A DNA stretch of 64,000 nt, taken from an uncultured Nitrososphaeraceae archaeon (GTDB lineage: Archaea; Thermoproteota; Nitrososphaeria; Nitrososphaerales; Nitrososphaeraceae). This document shows positions 1-11,996 of this stretch, piece after piece. The first letter of the stretch is position 1, and every line of letters begins with the position of its first letter. The DNA is taken from the NCBI GenBank assembly GCA_963728595.1, contig CAVSLF010000001.1, forward strand, positions 1 to 64,000. The letters run 5' to 3'. The notes below the pieces were generated by a model. The model was not told the DNA's origin. It saw only the letters and a list, made by a program, of their open reading frames with translations, and did not search any database. The translations under genes and the position numbers were made by a program.

Positions 1-90
1 GCGTTCTGTTAACGGCGGTGTTAATCTCCCCATTGTCCTACACCTTCGTGCCAGACGAGGAATTGAAGCATCTCCAAATTATCTCTATTA

Positions 91-387
91 TCATATGTCT
101 CTTGAAGCATCGGTACCAGACCAATGATAAGAGGAAATAACAAATTTTTCACCTTCAATTCTGCAATCTATCAAATACAGCAATTCTTTAACTGTCATCT
201 TTGGATACCTGTCCATAAGCCGTAGGATCCGATTCGCATGATCAATTTTGTTCTGCATTGTAAGATTGAACAATGGGTGATGAACAGGGTTTATTCTTTT
301 CTTGGTCGCTTTAATTTCCTCTAACAGTCTTGTTCGAACTTCCTGAAGTCTATTATCTGGAATAACGGTTTGCATGTAACAGTACAT
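91..387 (-). CDS. hypothetical protein
   Basis: 98-aa ORF, no recognisable motif. Confidence 0.35.
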   Translation of the reverse strand: MYCYMQTVIPDNRLQEVRTRLLEEIKATKKRINPVHHPLFNLTMQNKIDHANRILRLMDRYPKMTVKELLYLIDCRIEGEKFVISSYHWSGTDASRDI

Positions 388-637
388 TCAGGATTTGTGG
401 ATAGATTTAAGGAAAGCATGACTCCGAGGAGGGGGAGGCCATTAAGATATTAGTATGCTACGTTTGTTTATTCTATTTTTGATCCGTCACTTCGTATACC
501 AATCAAGGGAATACTACATCAATGTTTCCTAATTAGGAGATCCTATCTGTATTGGGAAATATATAATACGAGAATTATGATTATCTAGTATAATATTGAT
601 GACAAGCAATGATAATAGGTAAATATTTTCCCATTTT

Positions 638-2823
638 GTGGTAGTCCAATTGAAAGAATTATTTCTTCTGGCTATAGTCGGGATTTACCTCATAATAGGC
701 CCAAATTTTGGAACAGTTTTTGCAGCCGATAAAATGTCAGATCTACTAATAAAATCTACTAAAAAGTCAGATGTTATTTCTACTGGGCAATCAACTACTA
801 CTATTCCGCCTGCTTCCATTACAGTGGATCTAAATAAGGTGCGTTTTGGGATTGGCGAATCTGTTCATATTTTCGGCAAGGCATATTCTAACGCTACAAT
901 TCCCTGGACCGGAAAAGTGATCGTTGAAGTATTGGATAGTAACAACAGCGTGGTTTATAAAACGTCGTCGTTCCCTGTAAATGGTACTTATAGGGCAGAT
1001 ATACAAAATACACTGCAACCGGGGAAATACACCATAAATGTTAGGTTAGATAATACAAATGAAGGCTCTTGGACATCATTTCAAACAGTAAACTATTGGG
1101 AAACTTGGTCATTTTATTCGATTATAGGCGGCTTGATTTGTATCGCACTCCTAGCTGCTATAAACGCGGTCGGCATCAGGAATATCAGGATTACAGAAGT
1201 TACCAATTTTCTGCTTTTCTCTGGCATACTATTATCTATTTTACTCACAGTTTTCTTTGCTGACGTGGACCTGGGCCCTAATTCTCCAATCGGCCTAGTG
1301 CTCCAAACTCATGGACAGGTCGGTGGTGACGCCTCACAGGGTAGTACTCAATGGATTATAAATGTAGGTGGAAGCCAGCGCAACAATTTTGAAGATGGTT
1401 TGGCAATTCCATTATATGTAGTTGTTTTCGGTGTTATTGGTGGTTATCTTCGAATTCTTTATGAAGCGGCCACTAGCAGGAGGAGTCAGACTTCAACAGA
1501 ATTCAAGGAGATAGAAAATGAAGTCGATCGTATGCCCGATTCTTTATTTGAATTTCGTGAACCATCACTTCTTAAACACTTGTCGAATTGGGCTGGTAAG
1601 TACTTTACTAAAAATATGACTCATGAAATAAAAGCAGTCAAAATTAACCCATCTTTGAGAAGGGAGTCGGCCTAGACGAAAAGAAAGAATATGATGATGA
1701 TACAATAAAGACCGCCATTATTCAAAGACAAATACTAATTTCGCTGCGGCAAGACGAGATGTACAGAGGAAAACACAGGCTCTTTCTGTATCGCACAATG
1801 ATGGACATAGCATTACTTTTCTTAGCTCCGATATTCTCTATTGTTGCTTGGTTTTTACTTGCACAGGCCGGAATTCAGGGGGAGGCTACTGGAACACATG
1901 GCCAGACAGGAATTTTCTTCCTTGCGGCTATCAGCTTTCTAGTCGGCTTTGTAACAAACGAGATAATACAAACTCTTATGCGATTTAGCAACGGAATCTT
2001 ACAGGGAATAAGCAGGCAAAGAATACCTCCTGCAGAAACGAAGTCAATTGCAATATACATCTCTGAAAAGCCCACTAACACTCCAGTCGGTGCAGAAGCA
2101 ACGATTAAAGCAAGGATAATAAATAAGAAGACAGGCGAGATTGTTTCAGGTGCAAAGATCACTGGGCTCGTTATGAATCCATCTAATGTTCTCTATGTAA
2201 GATTGCCGGAGAAGCTCTCCAATTTGGATGGGGATGTTGAATATTCTCTCAATATTTTTAATGATACCTCATTAGGGACTTATTTGATTAGTCTGAACGC
2301 CGAGGCTGAAGGTTACGAATCCGGCTCAGCTCAATTTAACTTCACGGTCGTTGAACCAGAACAGCTGGAACTGGCGAGAGCAACTCGGACAAAATCTAAC
2401 CTGAAAACCGGCAGGTCCCCGACTAATTTGAAACAAGCCCAAACATTGCCTAGCTTAGATATGGCGTCAGGCCACAATAACCGGAGTTCTGTTGGTCTCA
2501 AACAGATACAAACACTTGGTACCTTGGACGCAATCATTACAATTTCGAATGACAAAATCTCAGCGGGCATGAAACAGACATTGGAAGTTGCGGTAGTTGG
2601 ATTTCATAGTCAACTTCCTGATGTAACCGTAAATGGAGAAATTATTTATCCTAGTGGTCTGGGTGTAGTGCTACAAGAAACAAGAACGGATGATAATGGC
2701 GTAGTTTCATATAATTGGTTTATTGACAATAGTACAGGTTCTGGTTCTTGTATGGTCAAAATCTATCTTTCTAAAGATGGCTATTTCGACAAAGAACTCG
2801 AAACTCAATATGAAATAATTTAG
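638..2823 (+). CDS. multi-pass membrane protein with N- and C-terminal Ig-like domains; one frameshift near 1660
   Basis: ORFs 638-1675 and 1759-2823 join: the second frame is open upstream (GLDEKKEYDDDTIKTAIIQRQ...). Signal peptide, TM segments and Ig-like repeats (PGKYTINV, GTYLISLNA). Confidence 0.7.
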
Positions 2824-3110
2824 TCCATTGTTAATCCTATATGTTGCAAAAGATCAAGTCGACGATCAAGTTGTAAATACTTTGTTGGCTTTATCATAGT
2901 TGGTACTCTTCCCATCAAGTGCTACACTGGTGGGCCGTGGCCTATCGGAGTATAACCTATTAGACCAAAATTCTGTCTAAATATTGTGTAGTGCGATCAT
3001 AATTTGGTATTGTCTATTGCCATATAATACCGCTCTAGTGGGTCGAGACACGACGGCCCATTAGAGTTTATAGTCTAATAAAATAACTGACAGAAAATAA
3101 GACGATTTCA

Positions 3111-3460
3111 TCACTTTGACATAAATACTGTATAGTTAGGTGTGAGATATGTTGTGCTGCCAACAGCTGACGAGGTTTCGGTAAACACGGTAACAGCATC
3201 TATGGAATATCCTTTTTCTTTCGCGTAGTCTAATGCTGGACCAAACACAGCCGCTGGACCAAATATACTAACATCAGCAATTGTAAGCACTAAAGTCTTA
3301 GGACTTTCATAGAGAACAGTTACTCCTTCAAAACTGTCGAGGTAGTTTGTAATTCCAGTTTGATTTACTTGTGTATTATTTTGAGTTTGTCCCTGTGCAT
3401 TTGTTGTTATGATTATGCTTAGACCCATAATCAGGGTCATCAGAAATATTATATTTTTCA
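3111..3460 (-). CDS. secreted hypothetical protein
   Basis: Likely start MKNIIFLMTLIMGLSIII with signal peptide; the ORF-track extension to 3605 looks spurious. Confidence 0.6.
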
Positions 3461-3828
3461 TATCAATACTAGAAATTACTCGCTTATTAAGACGGGGGAG
3501 TAACAATGTATTCGTGATGGTCCCTCTCTCTAAGGTGCGACATTCCATATTATGATAATCTAGGAATGACAGGTAGCCTTTACAAACCATCTCTGAGGGG
3601 CCCACGTAAAATCAAAAAAGTTGACTTCAAACACTGGATGTTGATAGTCATTTACTCACATACTAAATTATCAAGTGGGTTCAGTTGGTCTCTAAGGGTT
3701 CAGCTTCTAATTTTAGTGGGGCCAGTGGTTTGTGAATCATTTTTGACACGATTTTTAGACCTATTTGATAGACTTGGCTTTACTTACTAATTCAATGGAT
3801 AAATATTACGCTAACGTAAACTTGAACA

Positions 3829-4233
3829 ATGGGCCAAAACCAAGATTTTGTTGAAGCAGGGAGAGTGAGCGAAATTAACAAGGGACAGATGAAACACACA
3901 GAGATAAATGGAAAAGAAATCGTAATAGCCAATCTTGATGGTAAGTTCTATGCTTTCTCCGATAGGTGTGGTCATATGAGTGCCAGGCTTTCGCGTGGGA
4001 ATATCAACCAAAACATAGTAACTTGTCCTTTCCATGCAGCAAAGTTTGATATCACAACTGGAAAGAAGGTAGGAGAGCCTGTGCTAGAAATCCCTCCAGG
4101 CATGGAACCCTTACCTCCAAAGTGGCAGAAATATATGGAAATTGTAGGTCAAGAAATGTCGTATATTAAAACATATGACCAAGAGAGTTACGAAGTTAAA
4201 ATAGAAGGGGATACTATCAAGATAAAAGCATAG
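3829..4233 (+). CDS. Rieske [2Fe-2S] ferredoxin
   Basis: CGH...CPFH Rieske motifs. Confidence 0.9.
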   Translation: MGQNQDFVEAGRVSEINKGQMKHTEINGKEIVIANLDGKFYAFSDRCGHMSARLSRGNINQNIVTCPFHAAKFDITTGKKVGEPVLEIPPGMEPLPPKWQKYMEIVGQEMSYIKTYDQESYEVKIEGDTIKIKA

Positions 4234-4299
4234 AAAGCTTACCTAGGACATACGTTACTAATAGATAGGTATAAGCCATACACAGTATATAATATTTAC

Positions 4300-4527
4300 A
4301 TGATTATAGTAGGAAAAGTATTATGCTATTTCTCTGGATTAGTATTAACGTTAGCTGGGATTCCATTCATAACGGAATATATTTTTGAATTCCAAGGAGG
4401 GCAACAAGTACAATACATATCGATATACCCAGTTATAGGTGGTATTTTGGTGGGCTTTGGAATATTGGTGTGTTATTTGGCATATAGGTCAGGGAGTAAA
4501 GCCGAGATTATCAGACCTTCCAAATGA
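4300..4527 (+). CDS. small two-TM membrane protein
   Basis: Two hydrophobic helices; TATA-like element upstream. Confidence 0.6.
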   Translation: MIIVGKVLCYFSGLVLTLAGIPFITEYIFEFQGGQQVQYISIYPVIGGILVGFGILVCYLAYRSGSKAEIIRPSK

Positions 4528-4783
4528 TGTAGATTAACTCCTAAGGACAGGGTTCAAAACCCCCTCGGGGGTATGTGCTAAAAACACGAGTAATATCGCC
4601 AGCGATTTTCGATTGTAGCTGGACAAAAATATAATTAGAAAATTCTCATGCTTTGAAGGAGTTTCACCTTATGTTGTGCTATTTTGCAATCCACTTAACA
4701 AATAATTTTGTAGAAGAAAGTCTTACAGTTTGGAAGTCAATAGTGTAGCTCGGCTGCTCAATCCTAGTAATACCTACAACCCC

Positions 4784-5023
4784 TTATAGGGCAGAAGAAC
4801 TGAATGGAAAGATATGAGAAAACAATGGTTCCTGGTACAGAAATAGGATAATCTTTTCACCTCTCTGCAATTTTGCACTACCCTCGATGACTATTTTACC
4901 ACTCAAATCATCCTCAGTTATTACGTCGATTGTGCTACCCTCATAGCTTCCCTTTAGAATTTTTTCAATCTGTATTGTATTCCTTATTCCTGGCGTCTTG
5001 TTACTGCCTTTTGTTCCAACCAA
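4784..5023 (-). pseudogene. fragment of hypothetical protein
   Basis: Protein-like segment (IEKILKGSYEGSTIDVITE) lacking a convincing start and end. Confidence 0.35.
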
Positions 5024-5161
5024 TTATCATTTTCCTGGATTCAGCCTTTTATAACTTGTGGATTCGGATGAAAATCCTGCGGGTTCGGTGGGAACCAATA
5101 CACTAGTGTGTGTAGTCCAAATTGAGACTTAAATATTAGCCCAAATAACTCCTATGATAGA

Positions 5162-5473
5162 ATGAAAATACAGACATACATAATAGCATTAGCACTTCTG
5201 AGTACGATCGTGGCATCTCTGTCTGTTGGTAACTCTATGGTGTATAGTAGTACCGATGACGATGAGAATCATCCCTGCTATCAAGCTGGCTTTGAAGCTG
5301 GACGCAGTGGTGGCTCATACAATCAAACTCAACAGAGTGATTGCGGTAACACCGGTTATAGTCATGCATACTATGAGGGCTTTATTTCAGGTTGCATATC
5401 GTCTGGCGGAGGAGACTTTTTTGCATGTGATTCCAAGACTGATAAAAGTCCAACTAATATGACCACTCCTTAA
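5162..5473 (+). CDS. small secreted Cys-containing protein
   Basis: Signal peptide, 4 Cys, T-rich tract after the stop. Confidence 0.7.
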   Translation: MKIQTYIIALALLSTIVASLSVGNSMVYSSTDDDENHPCYQAGFEAGRSGGSYNQTQQSDCGNTGYSHAYYEGFISGCISSGGGDFFACDSKTDKSPTNMTTP

Positions 5474-5628
5474 CCTCTTTTTTGTTATCGATTTTCAGTA
5501 ATCCAGCTGATACTCAGGTTTTCATGAATATATTCTTCCTGGCGGCAAACTTACTCAAGAAGGAGTGAGTGCTAACGATTTATTAAATAAATACTGTCCC
5601 TCGAAGGAGTATGGTAGTCAACAAATCT

Positions 5629-6069
5629 TCAACTACCAGTAACGTTGACACTATAGTACTTTTTTGTTATATTGCCAAGGTCGTACGCGTAGCAAGTTAT
5701 CTTAGAAGTCAGTTCATTGATTCCGGTGGTTATATTATGGTAGCTCCCGTTGTAAGTATATGTCCAATTTGAATAGTCGTTTGCTCCGCCTGGACCCTTT
5801 GCTGTCACATTTTGCATCGGTTTGAGGTCATTCCAATCTGCAAAGACTCTACAATTTATTTTGGGATTATCTGAAGAAATTCCATGAATTATAAGCTGGC
5901 CTGCAGGCACTGTAGAATTTTTCGATGGGGAGATTCAGAGTTACAGAATGAGGAAGCTGAGTTTCAAGATAATTTGAAAAAGGCTATTATCGGAAAGCTC
6001 TTTAATAGTCATTAAGATTTTGCGGAGTAACGATAACTAACATATTGCTCTAGTGATATTGGATATCAT
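5629..6069 (-). pseudogene. secreted Ig-like hypothetical protein, N-terminus disrupted
   Basis: Intact C-terminal ORF 5629-5910; a broken signal-peptide-like region extends to the ATG at 6069. Confidence 0.5.
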
Positions 6070-6114
6070 TAGCTACTTCTTTAAATACGACAAATTAAGA
6101 GCACCAATGGTAGT

Positions 6115-6786
6115 ATGAAACGAGCAGAGGTTATTTTTGCACTTGGGACTTTATTTATGCTTATTGCGACTTCGTCCGTAGCAATGAAAACAAATATGCA
6201 ATCTGCTTATGCTCAACCCATTAATCCCTGCAATCAATCAATTTGCGAAAAAGAACATAAAGAAATAGAAATTAGTTTAAATGCTTCTAGTTCTGCACTG
6301 CGCAGTGGGGATGTGAATGGAGTTCAGATGAGCTTGGAGAATGCGCAAATACTCTTGAAAAAACATGATTTAAACGAACGGGCTAAGTCGTCAGTGAACT
6401 TTACTGTACAAGGGGAGGGCGAAAATACTACGCAACCAAGAGTCAAAAATGACAAGATGGGAGTATGTGAGAAGGTTCTCTGTCTATTTGTGGACATGGT
6501 AGTAAATTGCTCTTCAAACATCAATAGTTGTCCCAATGCGTCTCAGTACACATTAGCAGCACAGCCAGGAGCCCTGGCAAATCCAACGTCATTTCAAGGA
6601 AAATGTTGTGGAGAATGTTGTGACCAAATTGTATTCTTTCAATATGCGACTGAGTCATATAGTATTACCGTAACCAATACTCCTTCAAATGGTGGAAAAA
6701 TTGAATATGGCACTTATTGTAACGGAGGTTTGGAGGAGCCCGCCATTCCTCCAAATACATGCACGGTGAGTGCTACTGTAAGTTAA
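6115..6786 (+). CDS. secreted Cys-rich protein
   Basis: Signal peptide ending SAYA; 12 Cys including CCGECC. Confidence 0.75.
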   Translation: MKRAEVIFALGTLFMLIATSSVAMKTNMQSAYAQPINPCNQSICEKEHKEIEISLNASSSALRSGDVNGVQMSLENAQILLKKHDLNERAKSSVNFTVQGEGENTTQPRVKNDKMGVCEKVLCLFVDMVVNCSSNINSCPNASQYTLAAQPGALANPTSFQGKCCGECCDQIVFFQYATESYSITVTNTPSNGGKIEYGTYCNGGLEEPAIPPNTCTVSATVS

Positions 6787-7030
6787 AGTCTTCTTCATCT
6801 GTGAATCATATTTGACTTGATTTTCAGACCCATTTGATGGACTTAACTTTCTAATTCTTAATATCACGTAAATTGTACAGTTAATCTTCATGTGTACGCA
6901 GTTATGGATGCTAGGATTTCCTAGGAAACCATTAGTGCAAATCGCTATGTCCACATCTTTTCAAATAAAACCGAAAAGGTCATTAACGCAACGGAGTGAG
7001 TACCTGTAAACTGCGTTTTTTATGACGGAT

Positions 7031-7410
7031 TTAAGACTGTCTCCCTTTGTTTCTTTTTATTTCCATGACCAAGGAGTGCAGATTATCCACCAATACCATG
7101 ATTCTTTTAGCTCGGATATCTTCGACTTGTTTTACCTCTATATTCTTTGAATTATACTGCTGTCTGTCTGAAAGGGTTTTGCAATAGATCAAATTATCAT
7201 TAGTGATTTGAGTGATTATCCTCATTTGTACTATCCTCTTTGCTTAAGTTTAAGCAATCCATTCCAGATTAACTCACGAGTTACATGCATTGCCACTTCG
7301 TCTTTTCCTATACATCCTTCCATAGTTTTGTGAGTTGAATCAAAAAGCCACAAAGTTGTTTTTAATATATCGTCGTTGCCGTATAGTGTATCTATTCTCT
7401 CTTGTACTGT
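7031..7410 (-). pseudogene. N-terminal sensor-domain remnant of a Nitrososphaera-type histidine kinase
   Basis: YGNDDILKTT...MEGC and RIITQITNDNLIYCKTL segments in different frames; no kinase core. Confidence 0.5.
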
Positions 7411-7559
7411 TATCTATAACAGATGTATTAGTCAGATTTATGATTTAACAATTGAATAAGGCTGAATACAAACATCTTATCATTACCTGTAAGCCAACTT
7501 TTAGCCACCAGTCCAAAGTGACAAAATAACTTTGCTCGTCGATATTTAAATAAGGCCCC

Positions 7560-7772
7560 ATGGCATTTTTTATGATAGCAATGAATCAAAAGATGGCGAT
7601 ATTTGTTTTAGCGCTGGCACTGGCACTTACCGCAGCTTTAGCCATAGCACCAGTTGCAAGTGAACTGGCTTACGCATGCAACGGTAAGGGTGGAACCGGA
7701 GCCAAGGGTTCCGCTACCGCAATTAAGCCTTGCGTACCGGGCGAGTGCCTAACCAACCCTGCTGGCGCCTAA
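7560..7772 (+). CDS. small secreted Gly/Cys peptide
   Basis: Signal peptide ending LAYA; 31-aa mature part with 3 Cys; TTTAAATA upstream. Confidence 0.7.
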   Translation: MAFFMIAMNQKMAIFVLALALALTAALAIAPVASELAYACNGKGGTGAKGSATAIKPCVPGECLTNPAGA

Positions 7773-7795
7773 CACCTCTTTTTTATTTATTTTAA
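7773..7795 (+). terminator. oligo-T archaeal terminator
   Basis: cacctcttttttatttatttt directly after the stop. Confidence 0.45.
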
Positions 7796-8010
7796 CAATC
7801 GTTAACCTTTAGTACCATTATACCTTTTATTAGTAACAGCATTTCTCATGTAGTAAGAGAAAGTCATGTGATATGACGGGATGTATCTGACAGTGTAATA
7901 TTTCTTTTGCAATGGTACTGGAACATCACAATAGCTCTTGTTACCAAATTGTCCGTCTGTTCGTTATTAATCCTGTATACTGGTATGACTCAGATTAAAG
8001 TTTCCATCTT

Positions 8011-8442
8011 TTAGAGGTTTGATGGCCAACCATCAACTACATGCCAGGTTTCAACCATTTTTCCATTTTGAATTCGGTATATACTTATTCCTCTGCAATT
8101 CATTTTCTTCATAGTTTGTTGAGTGTGAGCATATGTTGCTTTTGGTGTCAATGTTCCTTTCCAATAGGCACCTACAAGGTCTGGATAATTTGGTGATGCT
8201 ATCAATTCTTCAACGACATAACTGAGTTCATCTAATTTATCCAATGAATATTTGAGGTCATTCTTTGCTCCTGCAACCCCTAATCCTGGGGCGTCCATAT
8301 AGGCAGACTGCCCGTGGTCTATGTAATCGGGAGAAATTATTTCATCAAATATCATTTCATTTTTGTTATTGTATGCTTCAAAATAACGTTGAATGATTGC
8401 CTTGTTGATTTCCACTTGTGAGACTGGTTCGTTAGTATCCAT
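8011..8442 (-). CDS. SnoaL-like/ester cyclase (NTF2 fold)
   Basis: NKAIIQRYFEA...DEIISPDYIDH...GISIYRIQNGKMVETW. Confidence 0.85.
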   Translation of the reverse strand: MDTNEPVSQVEINKAIIQRYFEAYNNKNEMIFDEIISPDYIDHGQSAYMDAPGLGVAGAKNDLKYSLDKLDELSYVVEELIASPNYPDLVGAYWKGTLTPKATYAHTQQTMKKMNCRGISIYRIQNGKMVETWHVVDGWPSNL

Positions 8443-8726
8443 ATTATATTACGTTATACTTTGATAGTTATGGATTCCTTAGCCACTCAAACAACTTCCC
8501 CTAAGTGAGAGGCATAAAAATGGGAAAGGACATACTGAAAAATAACATGAGTAGAATCGGCAAAATTGCAAGACGCAGTTTGGCATTCGCACATGAGGTA
8601 TGGCTCACTTGTATTACAGGATTCCTTTTATAGAATAATTTCAATTCCTAGAGTCCTGATCTCGGTAATTCTATTAACTCACAATGGGCTGATACTGTCG
8701 TATGAAGGAATGCTTCCAATAAATAA

Positions 8727-10028
8727 TCAGGTCGCTACGATATTTTTTGTTAAAACCAAGTACCTGCTATACCAGAACAGTGCACCTGCAATTGAAAGAT
8801 AACCAGCGTTGTAAAACATGTCCCATACCCATTGTTGCTGACTTGCGGAATCTTCGTCAACTGCCAGAGCGTAACCAAATCCAATATCTGCTACCGTCAC
8901 AAACACTATGAATAAAGAGATCATTACCCAATGAGTGTAAGCAGGTTCACCTCTTCTAAAACTCCATAATATTACAATTGCAGGTATCAGCAATATTGCA
9001 TCTAGAACAGGATATGCTAGGTTAATAATTAACTCAAGCACGCTCGGATGCTGATCAGAAATGCTAAAAACAAGATAAAGTAAAAACGCTAACACTGCAG
9101 CCATCATCGCCGACACAACAACGATCGTATCCTTCCCCGTAATTTTCGTTGTAACCGTATTGTAAATACGGTAAAGATGATAAGTTAAAGGGGCATAGCC
9201 TACAAGCCAAAAAGCATCAGCAAGAGAAGGGAATGGCGTTTCAATACCTAGTCCGAGCTGGTAGTATGTCCATATTATTTCAGCGGTGAACCATAAACCC
9301 AATCCAACAGCAAGAAAACCAAAAGTTTTACTGTATCCGGAATGCTCTCTAATTTGTCTGACTAATACTATAATAGCTGCACACAACGCAATAGCTCCTG
9401 TGACGTTAATTGTCAAGTTAGTATAGACAACTCTTGTTGATATGGATGAAAGAAAAATAAATGAATTGACAAGAATAATAAAACCTATCAACGTAAGAAT
9501 CACATATCTCAGTTCCAGCAGAATCTCCATTGATTTTCTTAATCGTTGTCTGTCGAACAATCGAACAGATCTAGCACTGATATTAACAATTACAAAAAAT
9601 ATTGCCCAGGCAATTAGCGAGCCATATACTGATGCTTGGTAAGGTTCAACTGTGGAATGTTGAAGCAGATTAAATTCGAAAGAAATTTGTGCCACTGCAT
9701 ATATTATGTCAGATAACGCAAATACTGAAAACAGCTTCTTCAGATCTGTTTTTATCATAGTTAGGTTTTTTTTCCCGGTTAGAGGGTCTACGTATATCTT
9801 TTTGTTATCAATATAATAAAGTAGAACAAAAATTGGTGTTTCAATCGCATACTCGATCAAAAGGGAAACTAGTGAAACTTGGAAGTTGTTACTAGAAGTG
9901 TGATAATAATAATACTGGGTTAAAATCGCCGTTAATATTAAAGAACATACCCCAGATATGACTAGATTTTTGTTGAAAAGAATGATGTCTTTATATTGTT
10001 GATAAAACTGGGTACTTTTGATTATCAA
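8727..10028 (-). CDS. polytopic membrane protein (GtrA-like N-half plus sensor-type membrane domain)
   Basis: About 11 TM segments; PFPSLADAFWLVGY and LAYPVLDAILL motifs typical of membrane sensor domains. Confidence 0.7.
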   Translation of the reverse strand: MIIKSTQFYQQYKDIILFNKNLVISGVCSLILTAILTQYYYYHTSSNNFQVSLVSLLIEYAIETPIFVLLYYIDNKKIYVDPLTGKKNLTMIKTDLKKLFSVFALSDIIYAVAQISFEFNLLQHSTVEPYQASVYGSLIAWAIFFVIVNISARSVRLFDRQRLRKSMEILLELRYVILTLIGFIILVNSFIFLSSISTRVVYTNLTINVTGAIALCAAIIVLVRQIREHSGYSKTFGFLAVGLGLWFTAEIIWTYYQLGLGIETPFPSLADAFWLVGYAPLTYHLYRIYNTVTTKITGKDTIVVVSAMMAAVLAFLLYLVFSISDQHPSVLELIINLAYPVLDAILLIPAIVILWSFRRGEPAYTHWVMISLFIVFVTVADIGFGYALAVDEDSASQQQWVWDMFYNAGYLSIAGALFWYSRYLVLTKNIVAT

Positions 10029-10244
10029 AGCTATCTCAATGCTGTTTTATCTTATACTGGACAATCATTTATATTAGTTGCGTATGCAGGACAAAAACAT
10101 GAGCAGACAGCCAATCATAAATTGAGTAACCTGCGATGATATAACTGCAGCATTAAGGGCGTGTGCAAGCCGCTATGACGGGGGGGTATTAATAGGAATT
10201 AAAACAAAGGGTTTAGGGATTCATCACTAGTGAAAAAAATTACC

Positions 10245-11741
10245 TTATAGCCACTCTGGCTTCGAAGAACCACGTGGAACAAGTACGGTTCGAAATGAGC
10301 CGGGTGTTCGGGACATTACTACTTGTTCCGTAAAACCTTGATACAGACCTAAAGGTGTATCAGCTGTAAATAGGTCTGGGGGAACGTACGTGTGTTCATC
10401 CGACGAGCCTGCGATTGTTTGTGCGTATTTTTTGTCGAAAATGCCGAGTGAAAGCAACCACAGAGTAACTCCAGTAAGAGATACGACTACGCGGTAACTT
10501 CCACCCTCAATTGCACGTCTGCGAAGCGCTGACATGATACCAACTGAGGCAAGCCAACCCACGATGTAGTCACATACAATGCGAATTGGAGGCAGTAGTG
10601 GATTGTCAGCCGTACCTTCTAATGCGAATACCCCCGTAACGGCTCCTGCAACCTCATCAAATCCTGTCCGATTCGACCATGGGCCGGTCTCACCGTGCAG
10701 TACTACCTTTGCGTGGATTAGGCCTGGATGCTTTGAACATAACTCGTCTGCTGTTAGTCCAAAACGCTCTTGGTATCCTGGGCGTCGATTCGAAAAGAAT
10801 ACGTCTGCATCATTCAACAACTGATTCATTTTTTCTAGATCTCTCTTTTCATGTAAATCAAGGATGCTTGACCTCATACCGACATGAGACGTCCAGTAGA
10901 AAGGATCTAATTCCCAGTCGAGTGGTTGCCAGATGTTTAGGACATCTGCTCCGAAAAGGGCCAGGTCTCTACCAATACCTGATCCGGCGATCACATGGCC
11001 CATCCCTAGGGCTCGCACTCCATCCAGTGGAGTGTTACCTCCAGACTTGAACGGTACCGGATCGCTTTTGCTTATCTTCTCCAATTTTACGAGAGGCTCT
11101 CTTGAGAGTACCTCTGTATATTGAGGTTCTCTCATAAATTCTTCAGTTGTACGGAGCATCGCAAAGGGTAGACCTGCTTCCGCAGCGGCCGTTTCTAGTT
11201 CATCGGCGCGCCACTGTAACATTGCATTTTGAACGGCACTGACGCTATCGTCACATCTGAGTAAGGTGGTTGCACGAGCTCGAAGTTTAGGATACACGTT
11301 GCAAGGCATTACCCAACGTCCGTCGCGTGTCTTATTCCACAGAGTCATAGGCGCATAATGAAGAAAAGGATTTAGCGGATCGGAAGCAAATGAAGCGGGG
11401 TCGACCATTAATCAGTCTCCCATTTGCGCTCGAAGAAATGCTGCAAACCGCCGCAGCGCCTTACGTACATCGACATGAATATCTTGTCCTTCCCCACTTC
11501 TGAATTTCCAAATGCCGGCTGCTGCTACAGCCTTCGCTGCCAAAGTGACCGCCGCCATTGATCCGAATCTAAGAGGGCTTGGCACGATCGGATCCTTCCC
11601 ATAAAACGTGATCTTTCCTCCACTTTCAGCGGCTGAGAGTCCGACATCGTTTAATACCCTATCTAAGAGAGCGTTTAATTCAAATTCAGAGGAACTGACC
11701 GGGTTGTTGAGATTTGATGTCAGTGTTTCAGTCAAAGTCAA
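10245..11741 (-). CDS. class III CoA transferase (CaiB/BaiF family); frameshift near 11415
   Basis: PLDGVRAL, HVIAG, LALFGADV, GPWSNRTGFD; N-terminal part in ORF 11412-11741; GC higher than flanks. Confidence 0.85.
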
Positions 11742-11996
11742 GGTCCATCATTGAGATTTGAAATTGACAATGTAGGTTATAAAATTTAGTTTTCTAGGAA
11801 GAACCTAACTCCCTATCATTCAGACGCTTACAATTGGACAGTATGGAATTACAAGGGGGTATTAGGCTAGAAGATAGTAACAAACTATGTAGAGTTGATA
11901 TAACTACTGGTAATAACTAAAACTATATTGATTTGAAATCTGGCAAATGCTGAATCAAATAATATTATATGCAAGTAAGTAGACAGAGAAAGTACC

